Shown one piece after another: positions 44,990 to 57,331 of a stretch of 64,000 bases of DNA. The stretch lies in the IMG/VR virus record IMGVR_UViG_2061766007_000697, one strand, 5' to 3'. The position numbers and the translations under genes were made by a program. Numbering within the stretch: position 1 is the stretch's first letter; every line of letters begins with the position of its first letter. The notes under the pieces were generated by a model. It had not been told where the DNA came from. It saw only the letters and a list, made by a program, of their open reading frames with translations, and searched no databases. Source of the DNA: an uncultured virus (IMG/VR IMGVR_UViG_2061766007_000697) (taxonomy: Duplodnaviria; Heunggongvirae; Uroviricota; Caudoviricetes).

Positions 44990-47360
44990 ATGGCTGATAT
45001 TAAAGCGCAACTTAAAGCTAAGAACGGGGACAATCTGTATCCCGTTACGAGCCTTGCATATGTTTCTGCCGTCTCTAGTGGCGGCATTGTCATTAATGGC
45101 AACAGTATCTACACCAGCGCAATTCCGCAGGCAAACGTTTATAGGCTGACAACCTCTCTAGGTGCCAAGCAGGCTAAGTGTAGCGCGGGCTTCAGAACGT
45201 ATGTCAGTGGTGCCACGATCGGACAGAACCGCTATTTCGATATAGCGGCCCCTGTTAGCAGTGGAACATTGACCGTGAGTGCCGGATCTGCATATCGTAT
45301 TTTTGCCACAGGCAACACTGTAACTGTTAATGCTGAGGGTTCTGCATCGTCTGCCGGCGTGTTCGGGCTTGAAGGACATGCTGCTATTCTGCTGACGAAT
45401 TCATCCTATCTTAAGTTTGGCACTAACGTGGTGCTTGGCGCACCTCTTCAGATAGATGCTATTAACAACTGCACACTTAGATTTCACGATGGTCACTGCA
45501 TTATCGACGTCGAAGACCATGAGGCTGCACATGCAGTGACAGTGGCAACAGGCACTGGAACAGGATCGCTTTATTATTGGGCTAACTGGGCTAACACCAC
45601 GAGTGCGAGTGCTACACCGGCATATGTTTCTTTTAGCGATGCTTTGGACGGCATCGCATGTACCTTCAATGGGGTGACAGTGAATGGCGACAAACACCTC
45701 GTTGGCAACGGAAAAACGCTGACAGTGGTTACTGGTACAGCTACAGCCAGCAGCAAGACGTACCTGACGAATATGGCCATCAGCGGTGCAACGATCACTG
45801 GCGGCACAGTGTATGCGACTGATGTTCTGATTCCATCCGGAGCCACTACAGTAATCTCCTCTCCACTGATCGCATCCAACACACTGGATATTGATGGGAC
45901 GCTGCGGACCCCAGGGTCGCTAATCCCGACTAACGGGCTTGTAATCAGCGGGGGTTATGGCATGGGAAATGGGGGCGTGATTGACCTCGGAAAGACAGCT
46001 GTTCCTGCAACCGCATTGATTCAAGTGAGCGGAGTAACCTTAACAAACGGTCTTACAGCAGCTCAATCCACGAACAACGGTTCTGGCGGTGTGTTCCGCC
46101 TGAATAGTGGCTCTGTTGGTGTGTCAAATGCCGCATTTGTCGCTAATTCGGCAACCGTTCTTGGAGCGTGTGCCTTCGTCAACACTGGCGCAACCATGAC
46201 GGTAGCGAACACAGTGTTCAACAATAACAATTGCGCTGTAAACGGTGGTTGTTTTTACACAAACGGAGTGCTGAATATATCTTCGTGCACGTTTTCGAGC
46301 AATACTGCGAAACGTGGTGGGATGTTATATGTAGGGACTAGTGGCCATGCGACCATCACAGACAGCGAAATTACGAGCTGCAATGCCACAAATTTCGGAG
46401 GTGCGGTTGCCCTCTATGGAAATAACGCAGACCTGACTCTTGTAAACTGTTATGTCCATGATAACGGTGAGACCAATGGTGCTTTCTACGTTCAGACAAA
46501 CGGAGCAGGCAGTGCTCATCTCATTATCAGCGGTTCTACGATACAGAACAGCATAAATATGCTCGAGTCTCGAGCCTCGACAACTTTTTCCGGCACAAAT
46601 GTGCTCGGCAGCACAGTCTATGGATCTGGTTCGGCAATTATCACCTCCGGCGCAACTCTAGACATTACTGGAAACACGAACGCGACACCCGTTAATCCGG
46701 GAGGTGGCATTACGTTTGAGCAGGGCGGGGCAACCGTTCTCTACAGTTCCGGCGCGGTGTCCGGCTCTTACATGATGGACAATGTGACGCTTCCGGCAGG
46801 GGCTAAGCTGACGAATACGGGCGTGATTAACCTCGGAGGCTCCGTGTCGTTCATCAGCTCCGGCGGAACGGCATACATCTCCGGTTGCACAGTGACAGGG
46901 GGTTCCCGTACAGGCGTTGGCGGTGCGTTTGTAATGACCAACGGGAATACCCTCATCGTAACATCATCGGTCATTTCCGGAAACACTGCCACATCTCAAG
47001 GTGGGGCACTATTCATGTCGGNNNNNNNNNNTTTTGAGAACTCAGTTGTTTCCGGGAATAGCGTTCGTGATGTCTATCTCTATGGCGGAGGACAACTTGA
47101 CATTATCGGTGGCACATTTGGCGCTGCGAATAATCAGGGTCTTATCACGCTGAACGGTCATACAACTGTGTATGAAATAGCGGGAAATGGTTCTACCACT
47201 ATCTCTTCCGGTGCCATTATTGACCTTACGGGCAACACGAAAGCCTCACCTATTTCTCAGGGAAAGGGTGTGACTGTCAGTGGCGGNNNNNNNNNNNNNN
47301 NNNNNNNNNNNNNNNNNNNNNNNNNNNNNNNNNNNNNNNNNNGACGGTACGACAGCATAA
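44990..47360 (+). CDS. Large beta-helix tailspike/adhesin-like receptor-binding protein (stop probably TAA at 47358-47360)
   Basis: Right-handed beta-helix / Pmp-like repeats (F.NN.A..GGA) and G/S/T-rich composition. Confidence 0.7.
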
Positions 47361-47372
47361 GGAGGCATAAGC

Positions 47373-47456
47373 ATGAAAACCTACACCATTGACGGCAAAA
47401 CCTACAACAAGCTCCCTGACCCGCTGAAAACGGCGGGCACAGCGCAGATAAGCTAA
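47373..47456 (+). pseudogene. 27-aa truncated paralogue of the 43808 gene
   Basis: MKTYTIDGKTYNKLPDPL versus MKYYTYNGNTTKHLPDPL; same GGCATAAGCATGAAA start context. Confidence 0.6.
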
Positions 47457-47538
47457 ACCCGATTGAGACATTTCATTTGTCGGTATGATTTTATTATGCT
47501 TGAGTAGGCTATACACAACAAGTAGAAGGTGGCAAATA

Positions 47539-48243
47539 ATGAAAAAGCTTCTCACACTCTTTCTTTTAGGCATCACAGCGGTGGTTTCGGCTGNNNNNNN
47601 NNNNNNNNNNNNNNNNNNNNNNNNNNNNNNNNNNNNNNNNNNNNNNNNNNNNNNNNNNGCAGGCAGCCTGTGGATTACTGACTTCTTCAATAATGTCGGT
47701 TCTGATACGCAGTCTGAGCTGCTGACCAATTCTCTCTATGGCCTGACTGAATATGGCTATAAGGATTCCACAGGTGTTCACAACTTCTCGTTCTCTGATA
47801 CCTCCAGAATCTCCCAGGGCGACTTCTATAAATATAATCTGTATAAGGAAGCCCAGGGAAAGGAAGCTGATGTGATGTATCGCAATAAGTATTTCCTTGG
47901 TGATTTCAAAGGCGGAGAGGAAATAGAGATCTGGCTTAGCAATGGCACTGACTCTGTTGCATCCAATACACCAGCTGGCTATCATCTGAGTACCTTCAAC
48001 ACCAGAACAGACGCGCTGGCTCCTACTATGGATGTGGGCGAGCTGTTTCTTCCTGGTGGTCCTCAGATCAACTTCGGTCTAGTAGCAGCAGGTGCCCCTG
48101 TCATTAATGAAGGTGGACAGACAATGGGCTCTCCATTGCCATCTAAAGGTTTAACAATTCTCCTATCACTATTTATAGCTCTTACGATCTTTGGTTTTGT
48201 AAAAGGACGTAATAAGCCATGTGATGAAGAGTGGCTATACTGA
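47539..48243 (+). CDS. Secreted/surface protein with a PEP-CTERM-like (GSPLP-TM-basic) sorting signal
   Basis: Signal peptide MKKLLTLFLLGITAVVSA; C-terminus GSPLP + hydrophobic helix + KGRNK. Confidence 0.7.
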   Translation: MKKLLTLFLLGITAVVSAXXXXXXXXXXXXXXXXXXXXXXAGSLWITDFFNNVGSDTQSELLTNSLYGLTEYGYKDSTGVHNFSFSDTSRISQGDFYKYNLYKEAQGKEADVMYRNKYFLGDFKGGEEIEIWLSNGTDSVASNTPAGYHLSTFNTRTDALAPTMDVGELFLPGGPQINFGLVAAGAPVINEGGQTMGSPLPSKGLTILLSLFIALTIFGFVKGRNKPCDEEWLY

Positions 48244-48262
48244 AATAGTTTTCATTTCATAC

Positions 48263-48302
48263 AAAAGCCCCTGATCTTGATGACCAGGGGCTTTCTTTTA
48301 TT
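48263..48302 (+). terminator. Intrinsic terminator
   Basis: AAAGCCCCTG...CAGGGGCTTT followed by a T-rich tail. Confidence 0.75.
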
Positions 48303-49559
48303 CTCCAGGCTCCTCTATGGCACCAAATAGATACCACAGCTCCCTATAGAACTCGATCGTTCCTTGATAATAGACTTCTTCCATGGCAACGTCTCCTTTG
48401 TGCTACTATAATAGCACAACCTTCAAACCAACATAAGGAGACACACTATGAGTGGTAACAAGAAAGCCGTCTTCAAGGACTTCACTGTAAAGCGCGCGTC
48501 GCAGCCAGAAGAGCAGCAGATCATCCGCGTCAATCTTCTAGACAGCGACAAGAACCTCCTGCTTCCCAATGATGCCGATGCTATGGTTATGTCACAGCAG
48601 TATCCGGACCAGAAATGCCTGACCGTCTACCATAATGGCATCCCCGAGGTTTACACTGTCAAGCAGCTGATTAAAGAGACCATGCTGCAGATCAAGGGAG
48701 AGGTTGAGGCCTGAGCTTCCCATGACAAAGAAGACCAAACGTGTGCGCAACAAGCGCACCGACACAGTTGAACAGTCTGCAAAAGCCATCGTCTCGAATC
48801 ATGGCGGCTGCCTTTTCACGATCGTGCCACTGCTGGTGCATGATGATCAGCTTGGTCCTATCATGCTTTTGCCGATGGTGCACGAATTGCTTGAAGAAGC
48901 AGACATCGTCTATCCAGACCAGTCTATTACAGATAATATGGAAGTCGGCAAGCTTTACCAGTGGGGCGTCTCTAATCTGTATGAGAACTTCGACGCTGCA
49001 TGCTGGATTGTTAAAGTGGCTGTTGACCCTATCAAGCTGTTCGCCACTGATGAAGATCCCGATCTTGAACATACCGCATGCCTTGTGATCCCTGCAGATA
49101 AGCTGCTGGATTGGGCAAGCACAGAACCAAAGGAGACACTCTGATGTTTTATTTCCCTGGCACTAATTTCGAAGCGGCTGTTGCCGAAAGCCGTCGCAAN
49201 NNNNNNNNNNNNNNNNNNNNNNNNNNNNNNNNNNCCAAGCATGTATTTCGATGCAGGTCCGCTTACTATGTGGCTTACGCACGGTGAGTTGAACATGTGC
49301 CGCAAGGTCAATATTGATCCTGCGCTTGCACGCCGTATTGGTGTTGGCAAGGTGTTCCAGTTGCCTGAAGGTAAAGGCACGCGTTATATTTTTAAACTGT
49401 GGTACACTCCCAAGCGCGGCTATTACGCCGATAGTCATGCGCATGCAGAGCCAGGTAGAACCGAACATGTGTTTGCAGTCGATGAAAACACGTTCCTGCG
49501 TTGGATCATCGATGAGGCAGACAGTGTTCGCAGTATGCCGATTGCCGCAGAAGCTTAAT

Positions 49560-50160
49560 ACGGGACGGACATATCCCATGTTTGGCAAGGCAGATTATGC
49601 AAAGCCGGCCAAACGAGCTGCTGGANNNNNNNNNNNNNNNNNNNNNNNNNNNNNNNNNNNNGGATGGGACGACGCTATGTTGGGCACCATTAGCTTATTG
49701 GTCGACCTTGAGGCTTTTTCCATGTTTTCCGCCTCCTGGTAATCCCGAGCTATCCGGCAGCTTCTGGTCGGTGCAGGTTTATCGATTTCCCTGCACCGGC
49801 CTTTATTTTGTCTTGGAAGTGGGCATAATAGAATGAAGAGGTTTATCCTCTTTCAATAGAATGCATGGGAGCAAGAACTACGAGAGTTGCGGTTACCTCC
49901 GGACGCTTGAATCGTTAGTGGCTACCATCTGGGGACTGGTGTTCTTGACATTGTTCCGCCCNNNNNNNNNNNNNNNNNNNNNNNNNNNNNNNNNNNNNNN
50001 NNNNNNNNNNNNNNNNNNNNNNTCTTTTGTTAATACCACATCATAACGGCATTATATTCTATGAGTATGTCCCATTACGTAGTAATGGGACTACTCTAGA
50101 AGAATATAATGCCTATGATGTGACTTTATAAACAAACAAACTAAAGAAAGGAAAACAAAC
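49560..50160 (+). ncRNA. Structured intergenic region(s), putative ncRNA or leader
   Basis: Long-range pairing 49605-49625/49753-49771; terminator 49767-49809; promoter motif at 49822; ~35-bp hairpin at 50039-50120. Confidence 0.5.
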
Positions 50161-50346
50161 CATGAAAGCTTTACTCACCATGATGATTGTGTCTGCAGTA
50201 ATCTGCGGCGCCTTCTTTTTGTCGTCGCTGCTCGCTGGTTGGGGNNNNNNNNNNNNNNNNNNNNNNNNNNNNNNNNNNNNNNNNNNNNNNNNNNNNNNNN
50301 NNNNNNNNNNNNNNNNNNNNNNNNNNNNNACCAACAGGAGACACTT

Positions 50347-51441
50347 ATGATCCATTTTAATTATGACAGAGACCAGCAAACCTTTGGAGACACCGTTGAT
50401 CCGAGGCTTGAGCAGATCCTGAAACATCACCCGAAGTTCCCGCTCGCTTTCTGGTCCTTCTGTGATCGCAAACAGGGAGTAGATGCTTGTGCTATCGGCC
50501 AGGGCCCTACCACAGAGNNNNNNNNNNNNNNNNNNNNNNNNNNAGATAACGAGCGCTCTTATCTGCACATCTATGACAACGCCTATGTAAATAGCATCAA
50601 GATGACTGCAGGCATTCTCCATGTTATGAAGGGCGGATATGTTGGCTTCCTTGATATACAAGGTCCATCAGAGATCCACATCACTGGTCACGTCGGCGTT
50701 CTCTCAGTAGACAAGCAGGCACAGGTGTTCCTCTATAAGGGCGCCTATGTCGATTCGCTCTGTACCTATGGTAACGGCTCTCTTGTCCGTATCTACAAAG
50801 GCGCTTCTGTTTATAGACTCAATATCCAGAACCATGCTAAAGTCATGCTAGAGGGCAAGTGGTGCGTCAACAAGTGTGTTAATGGCGAAAAGGATATTAT
50901 TCCCTTTATTGCTCCCAGAGAGAAGCCCGCCATTCTTAAAGTCCGCATCACCTTCCAGACCCATGACGATTTAGTAAGGTTCTGCAAGGATGTTACCGAG
51001 AATATGACACATGATGGGAGGCTGCATGTCAACGACGACATATGGCTGGCTATGATAGATGACTGCACTGTATATGATTCCTATACAAAGAAACAGGAAT
51101 GTGTAGACACTGTGGAATTCAGCGCCGATGCAATCAATGACAATGAGACGGTTGTTATACTGGCAGTAACAAAATGGCTTAGAGATAATTACAGCTGTGC
51201 AGATGGTGGCATTGACTTCTGGTACAAAGGGCAGTTCATTAAGTGCAGCCTTGACAATGTTATCCAGTCATCTATTGGCGCCGGTGTAGGTGAGCCTGTT
51301 GAATATGGCAAGCTTATCGGTCTTGTTAAAGCCGACGGATCTATTAATATGGCTATGGTCAGGCGGTCATTAGAGGTACTGGCTGATGACACGACAGCTG
51401 AAGGTGTCCCGCATAGAACACACGATATGGACGACAAATGA
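50347..51441 (+). CDS. Hypothetical protein with short beta-repeat-like segments
   Basis: AGGAG SD; repeated xIYxGAxV units. Confidence 0.55.
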   Translation: MIHFNYDRDQQTFGDTVDPRLEQILKHHPKFPLAFWSFCDRKQGVDACAIGQGPTTEXXXXXXXXXDNERSYLHIYDNAYVNSIKMTAGILHVMKGGYVGFLDIQGPSEIHITGHVGVLSVDKQAQVFLYKGAYVDSLCTYGNGSLVRIYKGASVYRLNIQNHAKVMLEGKWCVNKCVNGEKDIIPFIAPREKPAILKVRITFQTHDDLVRFCKDVTENMTHDGRLHVNDDIWLAMIDDCTVYDSYTKKQECVDTVEFSADAINDNETVVILAVTKWLRDNYSCADGGIDFWYKGQFIKCSLDNVIQSSIGAGVGEPVEYGKLIGLVKADGSINMAMVRRSLEVLADDTTAEGVPHRTHDMDDK

Positions 51442-51813
51442 CAATGGCTTCTTTCTGCATCACAATGGGTCTGCTGCTTGGTGTCTTTGTTATAGGGATA
51501 CCGGTTGCGGTCTTCCTGAATGATTTTATCAAGCTCTTCCGAGAGCACCGCCAAAACAAGCGTTGGCGCAAACACTGCAGCAACTGCATACATTATCACC
51601 GTATACAATTCACAACACTTGATGGGTATCATAAGCGCGGTGTAGTATGCGACGACGGTGCAGGCTTTGAGTATGTGGCCGATCCCCTTAGCTGTATCAG
51701 ATACGCGCCAAGAAAAAGCCCCTCGAAATGAGGGGCCTTATTTTTACTTCTTAACAGCAGGCGGTACAAGTGAGGCAGGTACTGGCAACTTCCTATTAGT
51801 GTAGTATGCGGGG

Positions 51814-52423
51814 TTAGTTACTCTGGCNNNNNNNNNNNNNNNNNNTATTTCTGCCACCGAAGCCGCCATAGTGAATCGCATACAGATCCTTATCCGTTAC
51901 CTGTTTTCCTGTAGCTTTCTGATACCTAAGCGCATCATCGGCAAGTTTCATCTTCTGGAACTTAAGGGCGGTTTCATAGTCATCGAGATTCGCCTTTGTC
52001 ATACCAGCAGTCTCTTTAGGATATTTCTTCTGGAAGTCCTGCCAAGTGCCATTCATCCAATGGAAGTGGCCGCTTGCAGTGCTGTTTGGATTGCTGAGCC
52101 ATTTGCCACGACCTGATTCTATAGTCCACAACACATCAGCAACGTTATTGGCCACTGTATCATCCAGTGGCGTATTCACATCAAAAGGCTTCTGCACCTG
52201 TCCAGGCACCAGCAGCATCTTATTGGCTCGGATCTTATTCATNNNNNNNNNNNNNNNNNNNNNNNNNNNNNNNNNNNNNNAGATGCTCCGGTGTGGTATT
52301 GAATTGTTTCGCTATACCGCTTAGTGTCATACCAGGCTTAACAGTGAACTGATTATAGACAGGTACATCTTTTGCGGGTTCAGCTGCCTGCTTCATCATT
52401 TGTGCTACATCAAGATAGTTCAT
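51814..52423 (-). CDS. LysM + lysozyme/transglycosylase-like protein (gapped)
   Basis: FTVKPGMTLSGIAKQFNT (LysM); IESG...NPNSTASGHFHW..GTW and YAIHYGG (lysozyme-like fold). Confidence 0.8.
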
Positions 52424-55371
52424 ATCAATCTCCTCTACTATATAATATATACGGCATAAAATAAAGGTTAACATAGCATGTCTAAAAAGAGCACTATCGG
52501 TATCGTCCTTTTGGATGCAGGTATTATCACCATTAATAAGGATCGTTGCATATGCGGTTGCTGTAAAGCAACAGGACGCGCTGAGACATTATCAATACGA
52601 CACAAACCAAATTGCACGGCATCACAGGCAGTCAAGAGTTTCATAGAGCAACTGCATGACGACGATCANNNNNNNNNNNNNNNNNNNNNNNNNNNNNNNN
52701 NTGTGATGCTGCCTTATTATTCTGAGATAGGTAAAGATGAGTATACAGCCGCAGAAGCTATTGCCACTTCAATATTTGCGGCTGCTACACAAGAGGAAAG
52801 AACCAAGTTGTGGCCAAAAGTGCTGACATTTGAACCGTCCTGTAAGGGATGGTCTAATATAAAGGATGCTATCATTAAGAATGGGCTGGAAACGAATGTA
52901 GACAGGCTCAATATGAAGAACTGGCTTATTTTTAGAAAAGTGTGGGAACGTAACATTACCAGACTCGAGGCGCAGCATTATGAGATGGATTGCGAAGCTA
53001 ACGATATGAACGAGATGTTCAGACAGGCATTTGGCGTTTGACTTATAATCTAGTATGGGACGTGAGGTTGGTGGTTCCTCGCTGGTCTCCTTTGGTTTCG
53101 GGTTGGCCTCGGCTGTTAATGCAGCCGAGGCTTTTTGTTTATATGGGCGTGTTTGGATGGCATAATATGTTGAAGGTCCCTTTAAACCTATTAACCCATT
53201 CTAAAGAAAGGAAACCAAATGAAACACCCAAAACTGGGAACCACTGTCTATCAGGTGAAGACAGACGGGGATCAGGGAAACACATTAGTCCATAAAGGCT
53301 TTGTGTCTGATCCTATGGAAGGAAGCTTCGACAAGTGCAAGGTAATGTGGCTGGCGCCCAATACGTCTTACAAGGGGAGTACCACGGAAGAGTACAGAGT
53401 CGATGTCTTCACAACGGCAAGCAGGGCAATCAATAAATATCTCAGGTGTGCCAAGCTTAATCTGAGTGTACAGGCACTGGATTTGGAGGAAGCATGATAG
53501 TCGGAATCATCCTTATTGTTGTAGCCCTTATCATCTTATCACCAGTCATGATCATTTTGATCAAAGGTCTGTGCAACGCTATTTACAGCGCCTGGCGTTA
53601 TGACGAGATAGATGAGATCTACGGGCTTGCCATCGTATTCGGCATCATGTTATGGCTTGCTGGCATGGCATGCGTACTTAAGTATCACAAACCTGAACAA
53701 CAAGAGCAGCAAGAACAACAAATACAAACAACGGAGATTACAAATGAGCGACTGCATAACATTGCATACGATGAATGAGAGCTGGGCTGATCGCATACAA
53801 CGTGCTAATGTGATCAATATCCTGCGCGCAACATGCAAGCTTCCTGACCTTATTCACAGCAGCCCGAATGAATTAGTTGATATCATCGAGGATATCGCCA
53901 AAGAAGCTAGTAAGTGCTTAAATCAGATGGACTATACAAGCACACCTTTATACAGATGTGAAAACTGTCATCATCACACTTTAGGCGCCGGTCCAGCAGC
54001 TGATGGTTATATCTATTGCAAACGTGATAAGAAAGACCATTGTAAAGAGCATACCTGCAAGCACTGGGAACCTATAAAGAAAACTATACAAGAATGGAAA
54101 CAAGACAAGGAGACCAAATGAAATCCAAACATAAACAGCAAATCGCTGAACCTACCGGTGTGCTGGGTATCACAACAGAGCAGCCTATTCAGCCCGACAG
54201 CTTTAAGTCACTGCTGATACCATTACAGCATCAGAGCCTCGTTAAGCTTCATACACAAGGCGGCATCGAACAAGGAGAGGATAGAACAGCAACCCGCATC
54301 TTTTTCAAGCTGGGCAAGCTGCCGTCTTCCAACAATGTGTACTTCATGCTCAGTGATATCCATCAGCTGATTGGCTCGCTGCAACCAGAGTATCTGCTGT
54401 TGTTCCACTTCCCTGACAAGGGCCAGTACCTGTGGTGGCGCTGTAAACCCGCCTCGGTTCGTGGCATATTGGAAGCAGAGTTGCCCGCTATGAAGCAGCT
54501 CGATTCCTCGCTGATTGGCTATCCAATGAACTCCGGCTATCAGCTGATCAACTCTTGGTGTGGCGCCAGGGAATCAGCTGGATGTGAACAGTGGATAAAG
54601 AGTGGAATGCCTGAACCCGGCTGGACGCCGATCCCGGCGTAAGGAGGTAACATGAAACCTACAGCATATGCTAGAATCTATAGATATAGGCTGGGTTACG
54701 ATATCGAAGCCTGTAATCGCTACGTTTACAAACCGAATAAGCCACCTAAACCAAAAGCCATAGCTGGTACAGGTGGTTTCAAACTCAAGAACAAAAAGAA
54801 ATGAGGAGATACTATGAGTTTCATTCCCATTCACTACAAGAAGGGCGATAAGGCTTGGACTTGGATAGGCACAGAGGATGGCTACAAGATCATACAGGTC
54901 ACTATCACTAACAGGTGTGATCATGATAGAGAGGCTTATGACTACATTCAGCCAGATGGCGAATATAGTGTAAAGTCTGTAGCTTATCTCTTCCCTCATA
55001 AGAAACAGGCTGTCATAGCCCTAAGAAAATATCTGCTTGATTTGGCGGACGGCTGTCGTTTTAATATCCANNNNNNNNNNNNNNNNNNNNNNNNNNNNNN
55101 NNNNNNNNNNNNNNNNNNNNNNNNNNNNNNNNNNNNNNNNNNNNNCTCGAAAATATCGATACAACAGAGGAGGCAACATGAGCATCCAAAGAAGTGGCTC
55201 TGGGGCAGTGATCAGAATTGGTGGGCCCAGGAACGATAAAAATGTTCCTATGGCGAAACTAGCCCTTATGCGCCAGATCAACGAAATACACATACAAAAA
55301 CCGAAGAGCTATCAAGGCCCACCAAAAGCTTTGGTTGGTACCGGTGGCTTCAGACTCCATAAGCACTACAA

Positions 55372-55824
55372 ATGATGGAGCTTATGGATATATTAAAAGC
55401 ATTGGCAAACTCTACGCAATTCACATCAGATCTCATCAGACTGTATTTTGCTGATATCAAGCTTGAACTGGTGCATCAACTCACAGACGACGCGCTTGGT
55501 GCCTACGCAGAAGATACAGCTACCATCAAGCTATGTCCATATAATATATGGATGTGTGCTGTAGAAGAGAAACTCGACTANNNNNNNNNNNCTCATGAGT
55601 TCAGACATGCACAACAGTCCGTAGACGAGACCTTGCCTGCTACAGACCCGTATGCATATAGCAAATCAGATGGTACTGTTGACTTCTATAAATGGGAAGC
55701 TGACAGAGGTGAGATTGATGCTGCGGATTATGCTAATGCCGTAATGAAACACATACACAAATCAACAATGTCCGATATATCTGGGTATATCAACTATAAA
55801 TGGCGTACTCAGCTATTAGGATAG
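55372..55824 (+). CDS. Putative zinc metallopeptidase
   Basis: HEFRHAQQ (HExxH) and a downstream EIDA..YA. Confidence 0.7.
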   Translation: MMELMDILKALANSTQFTSDLIRLYFADIKLELVHQLTDDALGAYAEDTATIKLCPYNIWMCAVEEKLDXXXXXHEFRHAQQSVDETLPATDPYAYSKSDGTVDFYKWEADRGEIDAADYANAVMKHIHKSTMSDISGYINYKWRTQLLG

Positions 55825-56818
55825 AAAGGAAACAAATGAACCAACAAGATATCAAATTAGGAGAGGAATACTGGACTTACATATTCCTTAATAGACCTCA
55901 AGGCACAGACGTACAATTCAGAGTTGTCAAAGTCAGAGCTGTCAGTAGGATCGATAAAACAACGTATGTCGGCACCTCTGAGATGACCAAGACGGTCTTT
56001 GAGTGTGTCTGTGAGGNNNNNNNNNNNNNNNNNNNNNNNNNNNNNNNNNNNNNNNNNNNGAGGGAATTCAAATACGGCGACTGGTCCGAAAACAGAAAAT
56101 TCTCTGCCGAGGATCTGTATCCTGATGTGGAATCCTGCATCCAGTGTGTCTGTGATCGCTTTAAACAAACGGCTGCAAACATCCAGCGTGAGATTGATAG
56201 AGGCGATTATAGGACATTTCCAGGTGTGCTTGTTATCGGTGGTTTGACAAAGGAAATCGAAAAGTGACAGGCTCTATTGTCATGATGGTCATAGGCTCAG
56301 TTCTGCTGTTGCCTATGGCCTTTTTAGTTGTCCTTGCATTTTTTCATATGCTTGGAGAGATCTTGCAAGGTCTTTATGGATCGCGTGACGATGTGGTGTT
56401 TACATTGATCGTCCTATTTCTGACATTAATTGGTGCCGGCCTATTATGGGGCGGCATCGTAACACTTCCACAATAGAGGAGGACAAAAATGCATGTCAAG
56501 CAATTAGTCCTATACAATGATCATGTAGAGGTCCTTAGAGATAGCCCAGAAACAGCGCGATCTTCACTGTATTGCCCGTTTTCACGTAACGGCGCTTGGC
56601 CTGAGTGGTTTTTCTGTGGTCCTCAGTGCCCGCACTTTGGTGACTATGTACGTATACCTACTGGAGATAAATCAAAATACCTTATCAAAATTAAACTTAC
56701 ATGCACAGCTGGCAATACAGAGATCATATGCGATAACTATGTAGATTTCGCGGATCTCAGAGGAACAAAGAAATGATCACACAAATAAATTAACTAAGAG
56801 ATCCAAAAGGAGTAGAGC

Positions 56819-57331
56819 ATGCAAATGTTCGTGCTTGATAAGAGTCCGGTGCTATCTGCAAGGTGTCTGTGTGATGCGCATATCAGGGTGATAGGACGGG
56901 AGATCTCAATGTGTCTGTCATCCTGGTACGCACAACACATGGGACATGCAGATGAATTGCCCTACAAGCAATTCAACCATCCTATTGTGTCTCAGTTCAA
57001 TAACGAGGCCGCCAGATTCTGGGCTGTTCATAACGCGAGCTTTATCTTTGCCGAATTTGCTCGGCGCTTTGGTAAGCAGCATGCATCCGAGCTTAAGTTC
57101 GGGCAACTGCTGAGATACAGGTACAGGTACCATGATGCTCCGCTGTCCATCCCATACAGGCTGGCACTGTTCAGCTTTGTGGAAAAGGGCACACGCGTTG
57201 TAACAGGCCTTCCCATTGAGGATGCTGTGCAACGGTATAGACAATATTACAGAAACAAGGTCAGCACCATGAGGGTTCCTGCGGTGTGGACTAACACAGA
57301 AAAGCCAGATTGGCTCTGTGAGAAAGGATAA
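56819..57331 (+). CDS. Pyrimidine-dimer DNA glycosylase / endonuclease V-like
   Basis: MQMFVLDKSP..SA..LCD.H, PYK..NHP, EF.RRFGK.H, AVQRYRQYY, WT...KPDW. Confidence 0.8.
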   Translation: MQMFVLDKSPVLSARCLCDAHIRVIGREISMCLSSWYAQHMGHADELPYKQFNHPIVSQFNNEAARFWAVHNASFIFAEFARRFGKQHASELKFGQLLRYRYRYHDAPLSIPYRLALFSFVEKGTRVVTGLPIEDAVQRYRQYYRNKVSTMRVPAVWTNTEKPDWLCEKG

